From assembly GCA_903851135.1 (NCBI GenBank), contig CAINNK010000008.1, positions 13,136 through 77,135 of the forward strand: a stretch of DNA of 64,000 bases. Direction: 5' to 3'. The notes below the pieces were generated by a model. The model ran no database searches, was not told the origin of the DNA, and saw only the letters and a program-made list of their open reading frames with translations. This DNA comes from an uncultured bacterium. GTDB lineage: Bacteria; Patescibacteriota; Minisyncoccia; Moranbacterales; GWC2-37-73. The translations under genes were made by a program, and so were the position numbers. Position 1 is the stretch's first letter; each line of letters starts with the position of its first letter. This document shows positions 49,335 to 58,666 of this stretch, piece after piece.

Positions 49335-49880
49335 ATGGCGAAGCAGACACAACATCATGGATTAGCCTGGTATGTGATCCACACATATTCGGGATACGAA
49401 GACAATGTGGCGCGAAATCTCAAACAGCGCATCGAATCAATGGATATGCAAGACTTGATTTTTGATGTGATGGTTCCAACAGAAAACAAGATTAAGATTA
49501 AAAACGGAAAGCGAACAGTGGTGGAGGAGAGAATCTATCCTGGCTATGTGTTGGTGCAGATGATGGTGACTGATGCTTCATGGTATGTGGTTCGCAACAC
49601 GCCGAATGTGACTGGCTTTATCGGCCTTGGCACAACGCCAACCCCAGTTGATCCTCGCGAAATTGAAATGCTCAAAAAGCGTATGGGTGTCTCTGAACCG
49701 AAATACAAAATGGATATCAAAGCCGGAGATGCAATCAAAATCAATGACGGACCATTCAAGGATTTTGATGGCAAGGTTCAAGAGTTTGATGAAGAAAAAG
49801 GAAAAGTTAAGGTGTTGGTTTCAATGTTTGGACGCGAAACTCCAGTAGAATTGGACTTTTTGCAAATTAAGAAAATCTAA
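49335..49880 (+). CDS. nusG: Transcription termination/antitermination factor NusG
   Basis: WYVIHTYSGYE, YPGYVLV, VRNTPNVTGF, MFGRETPVEL. Confidence 0.97.
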   Translation: MAKQTQHHGLAWYVIHTYSGYEDNVARNLKQRIESMDMQDLIFDVMVPTENKIKIKNGKRTVVEERIYPGYVLVQMMVTDASWYVVRNTPNVTGFIGLGTTPTPVDPREIEMLKKRMGVSEPKYKMDIKAGDAIKINDGPFKDFDGKVQEFDEEKGKVKVLVSMFGRETPVELDFLQIKKI

Positions 49881-49956
49881 AGTAAAAACTTTTAATTTTC
49901 CTGTGTCTTTGACAGCTTCTCTGGAAGATTAAAATTTAGGAGAAATTTTATAGATA

Positions 49957-50033
49957 TTGTTATATTGCTAAATTGTTATATTGCTAAAATGCATGATTAA
50001 CAATATAGCAATATGGCAATATAACAATTTAAA
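49957..50033. repeat. Inverted pair of 8-nt arrays (ATTGTTAT/ATTGCTAA ... TAACAATA/TAGCAATA), copy upstream of rplK
   Basis: Near-identical copy at 52018-52095. Confidence 0.85.
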
Positions 50034-50036
50034 TTT

Positions 50037-50462
50037 ATGGCAAAGAAAATCAAGACAGTTATCAAGCTCCAAATTGTTGGAGGCAAGGCAAATCCAGCGC
50101 CGCCAGTCGGACCGGTTTTGGGACAGCATGGTGTGGCAATTCAGGAATTTTGTATGCGCTTTAATGATGCAACCAAAGATAAGATGGGAGAGGTTGTGCC
50201 AGTTGAAATCACAATCTTTGAAGACCGAACTTTTGATTTCATCATGAAGACTGCTCCAGCTGCAGAACTTTTGAAAAAAGCTGCTGGTGCTGCCAAAGGT
50301 GCAGCTAATCCGCTTAAGGAAAAAGTTGGTACAGTGACCAAGGCTCAGCTCGAAGAAATTGCCAAGGCTAAAATGGTTGATTTGAATGCTAATGACGTAG
50401 AAGGTGCAATGCAAATCGTAGCAGGTTCAGCCAGATCAATGGGAATTAAGATAGAAGGATAA
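50037..50462 (+). CDS. rplK: 50S ribosomal protein L11
   Basis: [25 protein letters not shown]. Confidence 0.97.
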   Translation: MAKKIKTVIKLQIVGGKANPAPPVGPVLGQHGVAIQEFCMRFNDATKDKMGEVVPVEITIFEDRTFDFIMKTAPAAELLKKAAGAAKGAANPLKEKVGTVTKAQLEEIAKAKMVDLNANDVEGAMQIVAGSARSMGIKIEG

Positions 50463-50573
50463 CTAATCAATGCGGATTGATAACGGATTAGCACAGATCG
50501 CAGATTAGAATAAAAAATTCGTGATTAGTGAAAATCCGTAATTAATTAGTGTAAATCAGTTTTATTTAAATAT

Positions 50574-50615
50574 GTGGGAGGACTGAGCAACTATTGCGTA
50601 GTCTGTTATTACCAC
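50574..50615 (+). promoter_or_regulatory. Putative L1 autoregulatory leader between rplK and rplA
   Basis: GTGGGAGG-ACT...AGT...TACCAC hairpin resembling the L1-binding leader found at this position in many bacteria. Confidence 0.6.
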
Positions 50616-50625
50616 AACAAACGTT

Positions 50626-51303
50626 ATGAAACACGGAAAAAAGTATCGCGCAGTGGTTGAGACCATGGACTTGAAAAAAGTTTATGCTATCGAAGAGGCA
50701 CTCAAGCTTGTGCACGCTGGCAAAGTTGCAAAATTTGATGAATCTGTTGAGGTGCATGTGAAACTTAATATTGACCCAAAAAAAGGTGATGAACAGGTTC
50801 GCGCAGCAGTTGTACTGCCGCATGGAACTGGAAAAACTTTGAAAATTGCGGTGGTGACTTCTACCAAGACCAAAGATGCTCAGGAAGCTGGGGCTGATTT
50901 GGTTGGGGGAGAAGAATTGATTGAAAAAATCAAAATTGGCAAAGCTGAAGCCTTTGATGTTTTGTTAGCGACACCTGAAATGATGCCAAAATTGGCAGCT
51001 GTGGCTAAAATCCTTGGACCCCGTGGGCTTATGCCAAGTCCAAAGACTGAAACTGTGACTGACAAAATCAAAGAAGCGGTGGAAATGCTGAAAAAAGGAA
51101 AAGCATCATTCAAAAATGACAACACCGGAAATGTGCATCAAGTGATTGGAAAACTTTCTTTCGATGAAATTAAATTGAAAGAAAATTACGAAGCTTTTAT
51201 TGATGCTATTGCTAAAGCGCGACCAACTGGAGTGAAAGGAAAATATCTGATTTCAATCTCAATTTGTTCAACTATGGGACCGGGACTGAAAATTAGCTTA
51301 TAG
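50626..51303 (+). CDS. rplA: 50S ribosomal protein L1
   Basis: AKFDESVE, VVLPHGTG, LGPRGLMPSPK, STMGPG. Confidence 0.97.
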   Translation: MKHGKKYRAVVETMDLKKVYAIEEALKLVHAGKVAKFDESVEVHVKLNIDPKKGDEQVRAAVVLPHGTGKTLKIAVVTSTKTKDAQEAGADLVGGEELIEKIKIGKAEAFDVLLATPEMMPKLAAVAKILGPRGLMPSPKTETVTDKIKEAVEMLKKGKASFKNDNTGNVHQVIGKLSFDEIKLKENYEAFIDAIAKARPTGVKGKYLISISICSTMGPGLKISL

Positions 51304-51342
51304 CTTCATTAGCTTTTAGCTTTTAGGGAAATGCAAATACTT

Positions 51343-51372
51343 AAAAAAGGCACCTGCGGGTGCCTTTTTTTG
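51343..51372 (+). terminator. Rho-independent terminator
   Basis: AAAAAAGGCACC TGC GGGTGCCTTTTTTT. Confidence 0.85.
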
Positions 51373-51455
51373 TGGTGTAGTATACTCTTTACGAGAGCCA
51401 ATTTAATGTATACAATAAAGAAACAGAGGTTAAATTTTAATGCCATATTCATTAT

Positions 51456-51950
51456 ATGACAGAGGAAAAAAAATACGTGCGGCCGTCCTGGGATCAATAC
51501 TTTTTGGATATTATTAAAGTTATTGGTGAACGTGGTTCTTGCGACCGGGGTAGGTCTGGTTGCGTGATTGCCAAAGAAAAAAGAATTCTTTCAACTGGTT
51601 ATGTTGGTTCTCCAATTGGTACGGCTCATTGCGATGAAGTTGGTCACGAAATGCACACAGTTAAACATGAGGATGGACATGAGAGTCGCCATTGCATTCG
51701 TACGGCGCATGCTGAACAAAATGCCATCGTAGCCGCCGCTCGTTTTGGAGTGGCCCTGGAAGGTTCAACGCTTTATTGCCATATGACGCCATGTTACGCT
51801 TGCGCAAAAATGATTATTAACGCCGGCATTAAAAAGGTTGTTTGTCAGTTTGATTATCATGCCGGTGAGCGTAGTAAAGAAATTTTCAAAGAAGCAAGAG
51901 TAGCATATGAATTGGTGCAAGACCAAATGCAGAAATATGCAGATATGTAG
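51456..51950 (+). CDS. dCMP deaminase (ComEB-like)
   Basis: RPSWDQYF, HAEQNA, PCYACAKMIINAGI. Confidence 0.93.
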   Translation: MTEEKKYVRPSWDQYFLDIIKVIGERGSCDRGRSGCVIAKEKRILSTGYVGSPIGTAHCDEVGHEMHTVKHEDGHESRHCIRTAHAEQNAIVAAARFGVALEGSTLYCHMTPCYACAKMIINAGIKKVVCQFDYHAGERSKEIFKEARVAYELVQDQMQKYADM

Positions 51951-52017
51951 GTTTAGAGTTTCCTTGTTTACTTGTAATTTCTCTAGAAAATTAAAATTTA
52001 AGTAGAACTTTTATAGA

Positions 52018-52095
52018 AATTGTTATATTGCTAAATTGTTATATTGCTAGAATGCATTATTAACAATATGACAATATAACAATGTAGCAATTTAA
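52018..52095. repeat. Second copy of the inverted 8-nt-array element, directly before an ATG
   Basis: AATTGTTATATTGCTAAATTGTTATATTGCTAGAATGCATTATTAACAATATGACAATATAACAATGTAGCAATTTAAA. Confidence 0.85.
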
Positions 52096-52098
52096 ATT

Positions 52099-52650
52099 AT
52101 GGCGAAACTAATTTTGGGTGTGACAGGGGAAATGGGCTCTGGAAAAGGAACTGTGGCAAAACATGTGATTGCTGAGCGGGGTGGCAGCGCGCATCGGTTT
52201 TCTACAATTTTAAGGGACGTTTTGGATCGCTTGTATTTGGATCAATCACGCGACAATATTCAAGTTCTTTCGATGATTTTGAGAAAAAATTTCGGGGAAG
52301 ATATTATGGCTAAAGGCATGTATCATGATGTTCAAAATGACGAGCATGATATTGTGATTGTCGATGGTGTGCGTAGAATGGCTGATATTATGTATTTGCG
52401 CGAACTGCCTCATTTTAAGTTGGTTTATGTTGAAGCTGAAATGCAAAATAGGTATGAAAGAATTTTGAAGAGAGGTGAAAACACTGATGATGCAAACAAA
52501 ACCTTTGAGCAGTTTAAAGCTGAACATGAGGCTGATTCAGAATTGCAGATTCGTGATTTGAAAAACTATGCCAATTATGTGATGAATAACGATGGCACTT
52601 ATGTTGATTTGTACAAACAATTAGACGAGATAATCACTCAGAATCTTTAA
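52099..52650 (+). CDS. P-loop nucleotide kinase (dephospho-CoA kinase/adenylate-kinase-like)
   Basis: GVTGEMGSGKGT, VDGVRR, RYERILKRGE, NNDG. Confidence 0.85.
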   Translation: MAKLILGVTGEMGSGKGTVAKHVIAERGGSAHRFSTILRDVLDRLYLDQSRDNIQVLSMILRKNFGEDIMAKGMYHDVQNDEHDIVIVDGVRRMADIMYLRELPHFKLVYVEAEMQNRYERILKRGENTDDANKTFEQFKAEHEADSELQIRDLKNYANYVMNNDGTYVDLYKQLDEIITQNL

Positions 52651-52688
52651 TAATTGCAATTTTAATATTAATTTAATATTTTATCTTT

Positions 52689-53600
52689 ATGAAACAATAT
52701 CTTGATTTATTGCAACACATTATGGATAATGGTGTTCAGAAAGATGATCGTACCGGCGTAGGAACAAAAAGTGTTTTTGGTTATCAGATGAGATTTGACC
52801 TACAAAAAGGATTTCCATTGCTGACAACTAAAAAAGTTTTTCTCAAAGGAATTATCCATGAACTGATCTGGTTTCTGAAGGGTGATTCGAATATTAAATA
52901 CTTGGTTGATAATGATGTGCATATTTGGAATGATTGGCCATTTCAAAAATATCTTGAAGAAAATGGATTAGCTGAGGAGTTCCCAAAATATTCCGAGCAA
53001 TGGCATGGGAAAATGAAGGAATATATTGAAAATATAAAGACTGATGATGAATTTGCAAAAAAATGGGGAGATCTTGGTCCTGTTTATGGTGTCCAATGGC
53101 GAAAATGGAAGACTATTGATGGCAGAGAAATTGATCAAATTTCTCAAATTATTGATACCATAAAAAACAATCCTGATTCAAGAAGAATTATTTTGTCTGC
53201 TTGGAATGTTGGAGAAATTGAGAAAATGGCTATTCCTCCCTGTCATTTACTTTTTCAATTTAATGTTGCTAATGGAAAACTTTCTTGTCAGCTTTATCAG
53301 AGAAGTGCCGATACTCTCTTGGGTGTGCCGTTTAATATAGCGTCATACGCGCTTTTGACCATGATGATTGCTCAGGCTTGCGGTCTTGAGGCTGGGGAGT
53401 TTGTGCATACCTTGGGAGATACGCATATTTATAATTTTCATTTTGAACAAGTCGCTGAGCAGCTCTCTCGCACTCCAAGACAGCTCCCGATAATGAAAAT
53501 AAATTCCCAGGTGAAAAATATTTTTGATTTCAAATATGAAGATTTTACTTTAGAGAATTATAATCCGTATCCAGCCATCAAGGCACCAATTGCAGTGTAA
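52689..53600 (+). CDS. thyA: Thymidylate synthase
   Basis: [47 protein letters not shown]. Confidence 0.97.
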   Translation: MKQYLDLLQHIMDNGVQKDDRTGVGTKSVFGYQMRFDLQKGFPLLTTKKVFLKGIIHELIWFLKGDSNIKYLVDNDVHIWNDWPFQKYLEENGLAEEFPKYSEQWHGKMKEYIENIKTDDEFAKKWGDLGPVYGVQWRKWKTIDGREIDQISQIIDTIKNNPDSRRIILSAWNVGEIEKMAIPPCHLLFQFNVANGKLSCQLYQRSADTLLGVPFNIASYALLTMMIAQACGLEAGEFVHTLGDTHIYNFHFEQVAEQLSRTPRQLPIMKINSQVKNIFDFKYEDFTLENYNPYPAIKAPIAV

Positions 53601-53601
53601 A

Positions 53602-54087
53602 ATGAATAATCCAAAAATTAGTCTCATTTGTGCCATAGCAGAAAATAGGGCGATTGGAAAAAACAATCAGCTGCTTTGGCATATCCCAGAAGATTTCAAA
53701 TATTTTAAGGAAAAAACCATTGGTCATGTAATTATAATGGGACAAAAAACTTATGAATCAATTGGTAAACCTTTGCCAAATCGGACAACTGTTGTTTTGT
53801 CTAATGATCAAAATTTTAATGAGGATGGAGTTGTTCTGGCGAGAACATTTGAGGAAGTTTTTCAGAAAGCTCGTGAACTCGAAAAGGATGAAGTGTTTAT
53901 TTGTGGGGGTGGTAGCGTGTATGCGCAGACGATTGACCTGGCCGACAAGCTATATTTGACCGTGGTTGAGGGGAATTTCGAGGCTGATGTTTTCTTTCCT
54001 GAATATGAAGAATTTACAAAGATTGTTTCGCAGAGAAAAAGTAGCGATGAAAATTTTAAATATACTTTTTTGGAATTGGAGAAATAG
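53602..54087 (+). CDS. folA: Dihydrofolate reductase
   Basis: IGKNNQLLWHIPEDF, IMGQKTYESIGKPLPNR, ICGGGSVY, DVFFP. Confidence 0.95.
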   Translation: MNNPKISLICAIAENRAIGKNNQLLWHIPEDFKYFKEKTIGHVIIMGQKTYESIGKPLPNRTTVVLSNDQNFNEDGVVLARTFEEVFQKARELEKDEVFICGGGSVYAQTIDLADKLYLTVVEGNFEADVFFPEYEEFTKIVSQRKSSDENFKYTFLELEK

Positions 54088-54089
54088 TT

Positions 54090-54455
54090 ATGAAAAAAAT
54101 CTACGTTATTCATGGCACGAATTTTGATTTTGAGAGAGAATTGTATGCTCCACTGAAAAAGATTGTTGAATTTGAATTTATTTTTCCGCATGTTGGAGAA
54201 AATGAAGTAATTGATTCGAAAGAGTTGATAAAGAATGCCAATCTTGTTTTGGCGGAAGTCAGCTATCCCAGCACGGGGTCTGGCATAGAACTTGGCAGGG
54301 CAGAGTGTGTCAGTGTCCCAATTGTGGCAATCTTCAAAAAAGGCAGCAATGTTTCATCTTCGATAAAATTTTTAACGAATGATATTATTGAGTATAAAAA
54401 TCTCAGTGACGATTTAGAAATAATTAAAGAATGCATAATTGAGAAGATGAAATAA
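54090..54455 (+). CDS. Nucleoside 2-deoxyribosyltransferase-like / Rcl-type N-glycosidase
   Basis: KIY...IFPH...LVLAEVSYPSTGSGIELG. Confidence 0.75.
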   Translation: MKKIYVIHGTNFDFERELYAPLKKIVEFEFIFPHVGENEVIDSKELIKNANLVLAEVSYPSTGSGIELGRAECVSVPIVAIFKKGSNVSSSIKFLTNDIIEYKNLSDDLEIIKECIIEKMK

Positions 54456-54456
54456 T

Positions 54457-55053
54457 ATGTCAAAGGGAAAATTTATTGCTATTTATGGGATCAACGGAAT
54501 TGGGAAAACAACCCAGGTTGATTTGCTAGTGGAATATCTAAAAGGCAAAGGCAAAAATGCTTCGCGGTTAAAGTATCCGGTCTATGATTTGGAGCCAGAA
54601 GGTCCTTTTATCTATAAATATTTACGAGACCCGCAGTTTCGGAGTAAAAATGAACTTTCCACTCATAAGCTGCAAAAAAAATATGCAGAAAACAGAAGGC
54701 GATATGAACCAACTTTGAGAGAAAGGTTAGCGAAGGGTGAGTGGATTGTGGCTGAGGATTATAAGGGAACAGGAATTTCGTGGGGATTGACTTGGGGTGG
54801 AGAACTTGATTATTTGGAAGATATTAATGAAGATTTGCTCAAGCCTGATTTGGAAATTTTGATGCACGGCAGTCGATTCTTATCGGCCATTGAAAAAGAT
54901 CATCGTAATGAAATGGATGGCGAGCGCATTACAATTTGCAAAAACTTTCATGAATTATTGGCTGATCGTTATAGTTGGATAAAAATTGACGCAAATCAAA
55001 AAATCGAGAAAGTTGAAACTGATATTGTTGAGAAAATTTCTGTTTTGATGTAA
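54457..55053 (+). CDS. tmk: Thymidylate kinase
   Basis: KGKFIAIYGINGIGKTTQ, KYP, KPDL; the usual DR motif appears as EDY. Confidence 0.8.
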   Translation: MSKGKFIAIYGINGIGKTTQVDLLVEYLKGKGKNASRLKYPVYDLEPEGPFIYKYLRDPQFRSKNELSTHKLQKKYAENRRRYEPTLRERLAKGEWIVAEDYKGTGISWGLTWGGELDYLEDINEDLLKPDLEILMHGSRFLSAIEKDHRNEMDGERITICKNFHELLADRYSWIKIDANQKIEKVETDIVEKISVLM

Positions 55054-55084
55054 TGGTTTCTTTATCTATTAAGAATTAAAAATT

Positions 55085-55906
55085 ATGAGTTCAAGTTCGC
55101 TTTTATATTTGAATAAAAAAACAATCGCTAGTAATGAAATTAAAAATGACGTTGATTTTTTGCTGGACTTGCTTTATCAAGAAGGGTCAAAAAGAAAACG
55201 TTGGGAAATATATTTGAGTGAAAATGACGCTAACTTCGAAGATGAAAATGTCCACTCGCATTCCTTGTTGCTGGAATATTTGGCTTATCGGGAGGCAATG
55301 ATTGAGGGACTAAATGAAGAAAAGGCTCTTTTGCTGATGTGGACAGCTCGTTTTCACAAGCTTGGAGAAATCGAAAATGGCGATATTTTGTATAATTTAA
55401 AAAAGGAAAATGACAGACTTGAAAAATCAAGTTATGCCAGGAAACATATTTACAGTAAGCTTCGGAGTGATTATGCTAAAAACATGCTTGAGAAAGTGTT
55501 AACCATATCATTGGATAGGAGAAATCTGACTGATGAAGAATTTGATTTTGTGAGTTTTTTTGATTCCTTGAAGGGCCGAGGGCATATCAATACGGCGCTT
55601 AAAATGATTGAAAAAAAATCAATCTCACAATGGGAAGTGTTGGCAGCTAATGTGCTTTTCAATCAACTTGTTCCACTTGTTGAGCATGGAAAAAAATATC
55701 GCAGCGTGCGAGTTTATTTGCAAAAAAATGCCAAAAAAATATCCCATGCTTTGGAAAATCACCTAACTCAAGAGCAGCTTATTCGAGGTTTTGAAAAAAT
55801 TTATGGACAGAATAATTTCGAAGAAAAGAAAAAGTTTTTGGATATTTCTCCGGAAAAAGTGGCGCAAATAAAGAGTGTCTGGCTAACTTTTGTAGATGAA
55901 AATTAA
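55085..55906 (+). CDS. Divergent HD-domain (YfbR-like 5'-deoxynucleotidase-like) protein
   Basis: KRKRW...ENVHSHS...RFHKLGEIENGDI aligns by eye with R.R...ENVAEHS...HD..E..TGDI, with HK in place of HD. Confidence 0.5.
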   Translation: MSSSSLLYLNKKTIASNEIKNDVDFLLDLLYQEGSKRKRWEIYLSENDANFEDENVHSHSLLLEYLAYREAMIEGLNEEKALLLMWTARFHKLGEIENGDILYNLKKENDRLEKSSYARKHIYSKLRSDYAKNMLEKVLTISLDRRNLTDEEFDFVSFFDSLKGRGHINTALKMIEKKSISQWEVLAANVLFNQLVPLVEHGKKYRSVRVYLQKNAKKISHALENHLTQEQLIRGFEKIYGQNNFEEKKKFLDISPEKVAQIKSVWLTFVDEN

Positions 55907-55925
55907 AAATATTTTTTAAAAAATA

Positions 55926-56351
55926 ATGAAAATTCAAATCAAGAAAATTCATCCAGATGCAAAAATCCCACACTTTTCTTTGGAGGGTGATGTGGGCATG
56001 GATTTGTATTCAGTGCAGGATATTGTCATGAAAGCTGGTGAAAGAATTTCTTGTAAAACTGGAATTGCGATTAAAATTCCAAGAGGTTATGCGGGTTTAA
56101 TTTGGGACAAAAGTGGACCTTCGCACAAATTTGGCATAAAAACATTAGGAGGTGTTATGGATAGTAATTATGTCGGAGAATATTTGATAGGCCTGGTAAA
56201 TCTAGGGCAAGAAGATTTCATGATTGAAAAAGGTCAGAAGATTGCACAGGTTATTTTTCAAAAAATTGAAATTCCGGAAATTGAGGAAGTGGATGAGTTG
56301 GAAGAAACAAACCGAGGTGACGGAGGTTTCGGAAGTACGGGCTTAAACTAA
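55926..56351 (+). CDS. dut: dUTP diphosphatase
   Basis: GMDL, KSG, GVMDSNYVGE, IAQ, RGDGGFGSTG. Confidence 0.95.
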   Translation: MKIQIKKIHPDAKIPHFSLEGDVGMDLYSVQDIVMKAGERISCKTGIAIKIPRGYAGLIWDKSGPSHKFGIKTLGGVMDSNYVGEYLIGLVNLGQEDFMIEKGQKIAQVIFQKIEIPEIEEVDELEETNRGDGGFGSTGLN

Positions 56352-56453
56352 AAGAGTTGCTACTCTTTTGCTATCGTCGCTCGCTCGGAAATGAAAGAGC
56401 ACTTTCATTTCTCTCGCTTCGCTAGATAATAAATTTTTATTTTTTAATATACT

Positions 56454-56993
56454 ATGAAACAGAAAAATATTGAAGCAGAAATTAGAAGTTTTGTTTCGGA
56501 AGATCAGTATAAAAAACTTTTAAGATTTTTTAAAAAAGAAGGAAAGTTTTTGGGAGTGGAGAATCAAATCTCTTATTATTTTTCTGGGGATCGAGATTTG
56601 AGAATTCAAAAAAGCGATAAAAGTGCTAAGATTTGGCTCAAAAAAGGTGAAATGCATGCTGACTCACGAGAAGAAATTGAAGTCAAGTTTGATGTCAGTC
56701 AATTTGAAAATGCTGAGAATTTGTTTAAGGTGCTTGGTTACGAAGTTAAGATTAAATGGTTTCGCAAGCGCAGCACTTTTTCTTGGAAAGGTATTAGTGT
56801 AATGTTGGATGATACGAAAGGGTATGGTCGTATTATTGAATTGGAAAAAATGTGCAAAGAAAATGAAAAAGAAAAAATAATTGGAATGTTGAAAAATAAG
56901 CTAGCATTGTTAAAAATAGCTGAAACTCAGAAATCTGAATTTGGTGAAAAATTTGAGTATTACAAAAAGAATTGGAAAAAATTAACAAAATAA
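56454..56993 (+). CDS. CYTH-domain (class IV adenylate cyclase / triphosphate tunnel) protein
   Basis: IEAEIR, DLRIQ, REEIE, RKR, LDDTKGYGRIIELE. Confidence 0.82.
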   Translation: MKQKNIEAEIRSFVSEDQYKKLLRFFKKEGKFLGVENQISYYFSGDRDLRIQKSDKSAKIWLKKGEMHADSREEIEVKFDVSQFENAENLFKVLGYEVKIKWFRKRSTFSWKGISVMLDDTKGYGRIIELEKMCKENEKEKIIGMLKNKLALLKIAETQKSEFGEKFEYYKKNWKKLTK

Positions 56994-57127
56994 AAAATTT
57001 ATTTTGTTAGGGTATTTTTGAGAATTTAAAAATCATTGGAAATTAGGATTTGGAAATTTGAGCGCTAAAATAGCATTGAAAATATCGCTTAAAGGTGAGG
57101 CATAATAAGTATAAAAAATATAATTTT

Positions 57128-58621
57128 ATGACTAAATATATTCCCGTCATCGGCATGGAGGTTCATGTGGAATTGAAGACCAAATCAAAGATGTTTTGTG
57201 GTTGCAAAAATGGACTTGGACAAGAAAGTGCGCCAAACATCCATGTTTGCCCAGTTTGCACTGGTCAACCTGGCACTTTGCCAGTGCCGAATCAGCAGGC
57301 GATTGAATTTGTGCAGTTGGCTGGTTTGGCGCTCAATTGTGAGCTTAATTTGAAGTCAAAATTTGACCGAAAAAATTATTTTTATCCTGATTTGCCGAAG
57401 GGTTATCAAATCTCACAATATGATCAACCGCTTTGTGGACTGGGCAAAATGAATGTTGTCATCAGCAATAACCAAGAAACAATAACCAAGTCAATAGGAA
57501 TCACGCGAATTCATCTTGAAGAGGACACTGGTAAGCTTGTGCATCCAACCGGGGCTAGCTATACCCTGGTTGATTTTAATCGTGCTTGCGTGCCATTGAT
57601 GGAACTGGTGACTGAGCCGGATATTGAAAATGGTGAGCAGGCTCGCTTGTTTTGCACCAAATTGCAGCAAATTTGTCGTTACCTTGGAATCTCAGATGCA
57701 GACATGGAGAAAGGCAATATGCGCTGTGAAGTCAATTTGTCGCTGCACAAAGAAAATGAAGAAAAACTTTCTGGCACTAAGGTTGAAGTGAAAAACATCA
57801 ATTCTTTTCGCTATGTGGAAAAAGCCATCAACTATGAAATTGAAAGGCAAACAAAACTCTTGGATGAGGGTGAGAAGATTGTGCAAGAAACGCGAGGTTG
57901 GGACAGTGTGAAAAACGTGACGGTTTCGCAACGCAAAAAAGAATCTGCGCATGATTATCGCTATTTTCCAGAGCCAGATATTCCACCGATGGAATTTTCT
58001 CAAAGCTATGTTGATCAATTGCGCTTGAAATTGCCAGAACTTCCTGCTGCTAAGGAAAAAAGATTTGCCGGTGAGTATGGTTTAAAAGCGGATGATATTG
58101 CCGTGCTTACTGCTGCTCAAGATTTGGCGCAGTATTTTGAAAATATCATGAGCGAACTTCGGGAAAAAATTACTTCCCATGAAATTCAAGCTTCAGAGGA
58201 AAAGGCAACAAAATTGGCTGTTAATTATCTTATTTCCGAACTGCGAAAACACTTGGCTGAAAACAAACATGATGTGAGGGATTTGAAAATCAGTTCCGAA
58301 AATTATGCGGAACTGATTGGGATTGTGGCAGATGGGAAAATAAACTCTAGTGCTGCTCAGATCGTACTTAAAGAGATGTATCATACGGGTGGCGATCCAT
58401 CTCAGATTATTGCCGAAAAAAATCTTGGGCAAATGGAGGACGCCGGCGAGTTGGAAAGCGCGGTGGAAAAAGTGCTAGCTGACAATCAAAAATCGGTGGA
58501 TGATTTTAAAGCTGGTAAAGAAAATGCCCTCAAGTTTTTGATGGGACAGGTGATGAAGGAGACTGGCGGCAAAGCGAATCCGCAAGTGGTGCTGGAGATG
58601 TTGAAAAAGAAAATAAGCTAA
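57128..58621 (+). CDS. gatB: Asp/Glu-tRNA amidotransferase subunit B
   Basis: IGMEVHVEL, FDRKNYFYPDLPKGYQISQ, HLEEDTGK, DYRYFPEPD, GQVMKETGGKANP. Confidence 0.97.
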   Translation: MTKYIPVIGMEVHVELKTKSKMFCGCKNGLGQESAPNIHVCPVCTGQPGTLPVPNQQAIEFVQLAGLALNCELNLKSKFDRKNYFYPDLPKGYQISQYDQPLCGLGKMNVVISNNQETITKSIGITRIHLEEDTGKLVHPTGASYTLVDFNRACVPLMELVTEPDIENGEQARLFCTKLQQICRYLGISDADMEKGNMRCEVNLSLHKENEEKLSGTKVEVKNINSFRYVEKAINYEIERQTKLLDEGEKIVQETRGWDSVKNVTVSQRKKESAHDYRYFPEPDIPPMEFSQSYVDQLRLKLPELPAAKEKRFAGEYGLKADDIAVLTAAQDLAQYFENIMSELREKITSHEIQASEEKATKLAVNYLISELRKHLAENKHDVRDLKISSENYAELIGIVADGKINSSAAQIVLKEMYHTGGDPSQIIAEKNLGQMEDAGELESAVEKVLADNQKSVDDFKAGKENALKFLMGQVMKETGGKANPQVVLEMLKKKIS

Positions 58622-58666
58622 ACAGATTCTAGAATCTGGATTCTTGATTTTAGTATCTGCGGAAAG

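Noticed and set aside
51456-56993. Prophage nucleotide-metabolism module
   Set aside because: No integrase, structural or replication genes, and the operon is embedded between rplA and gatB.
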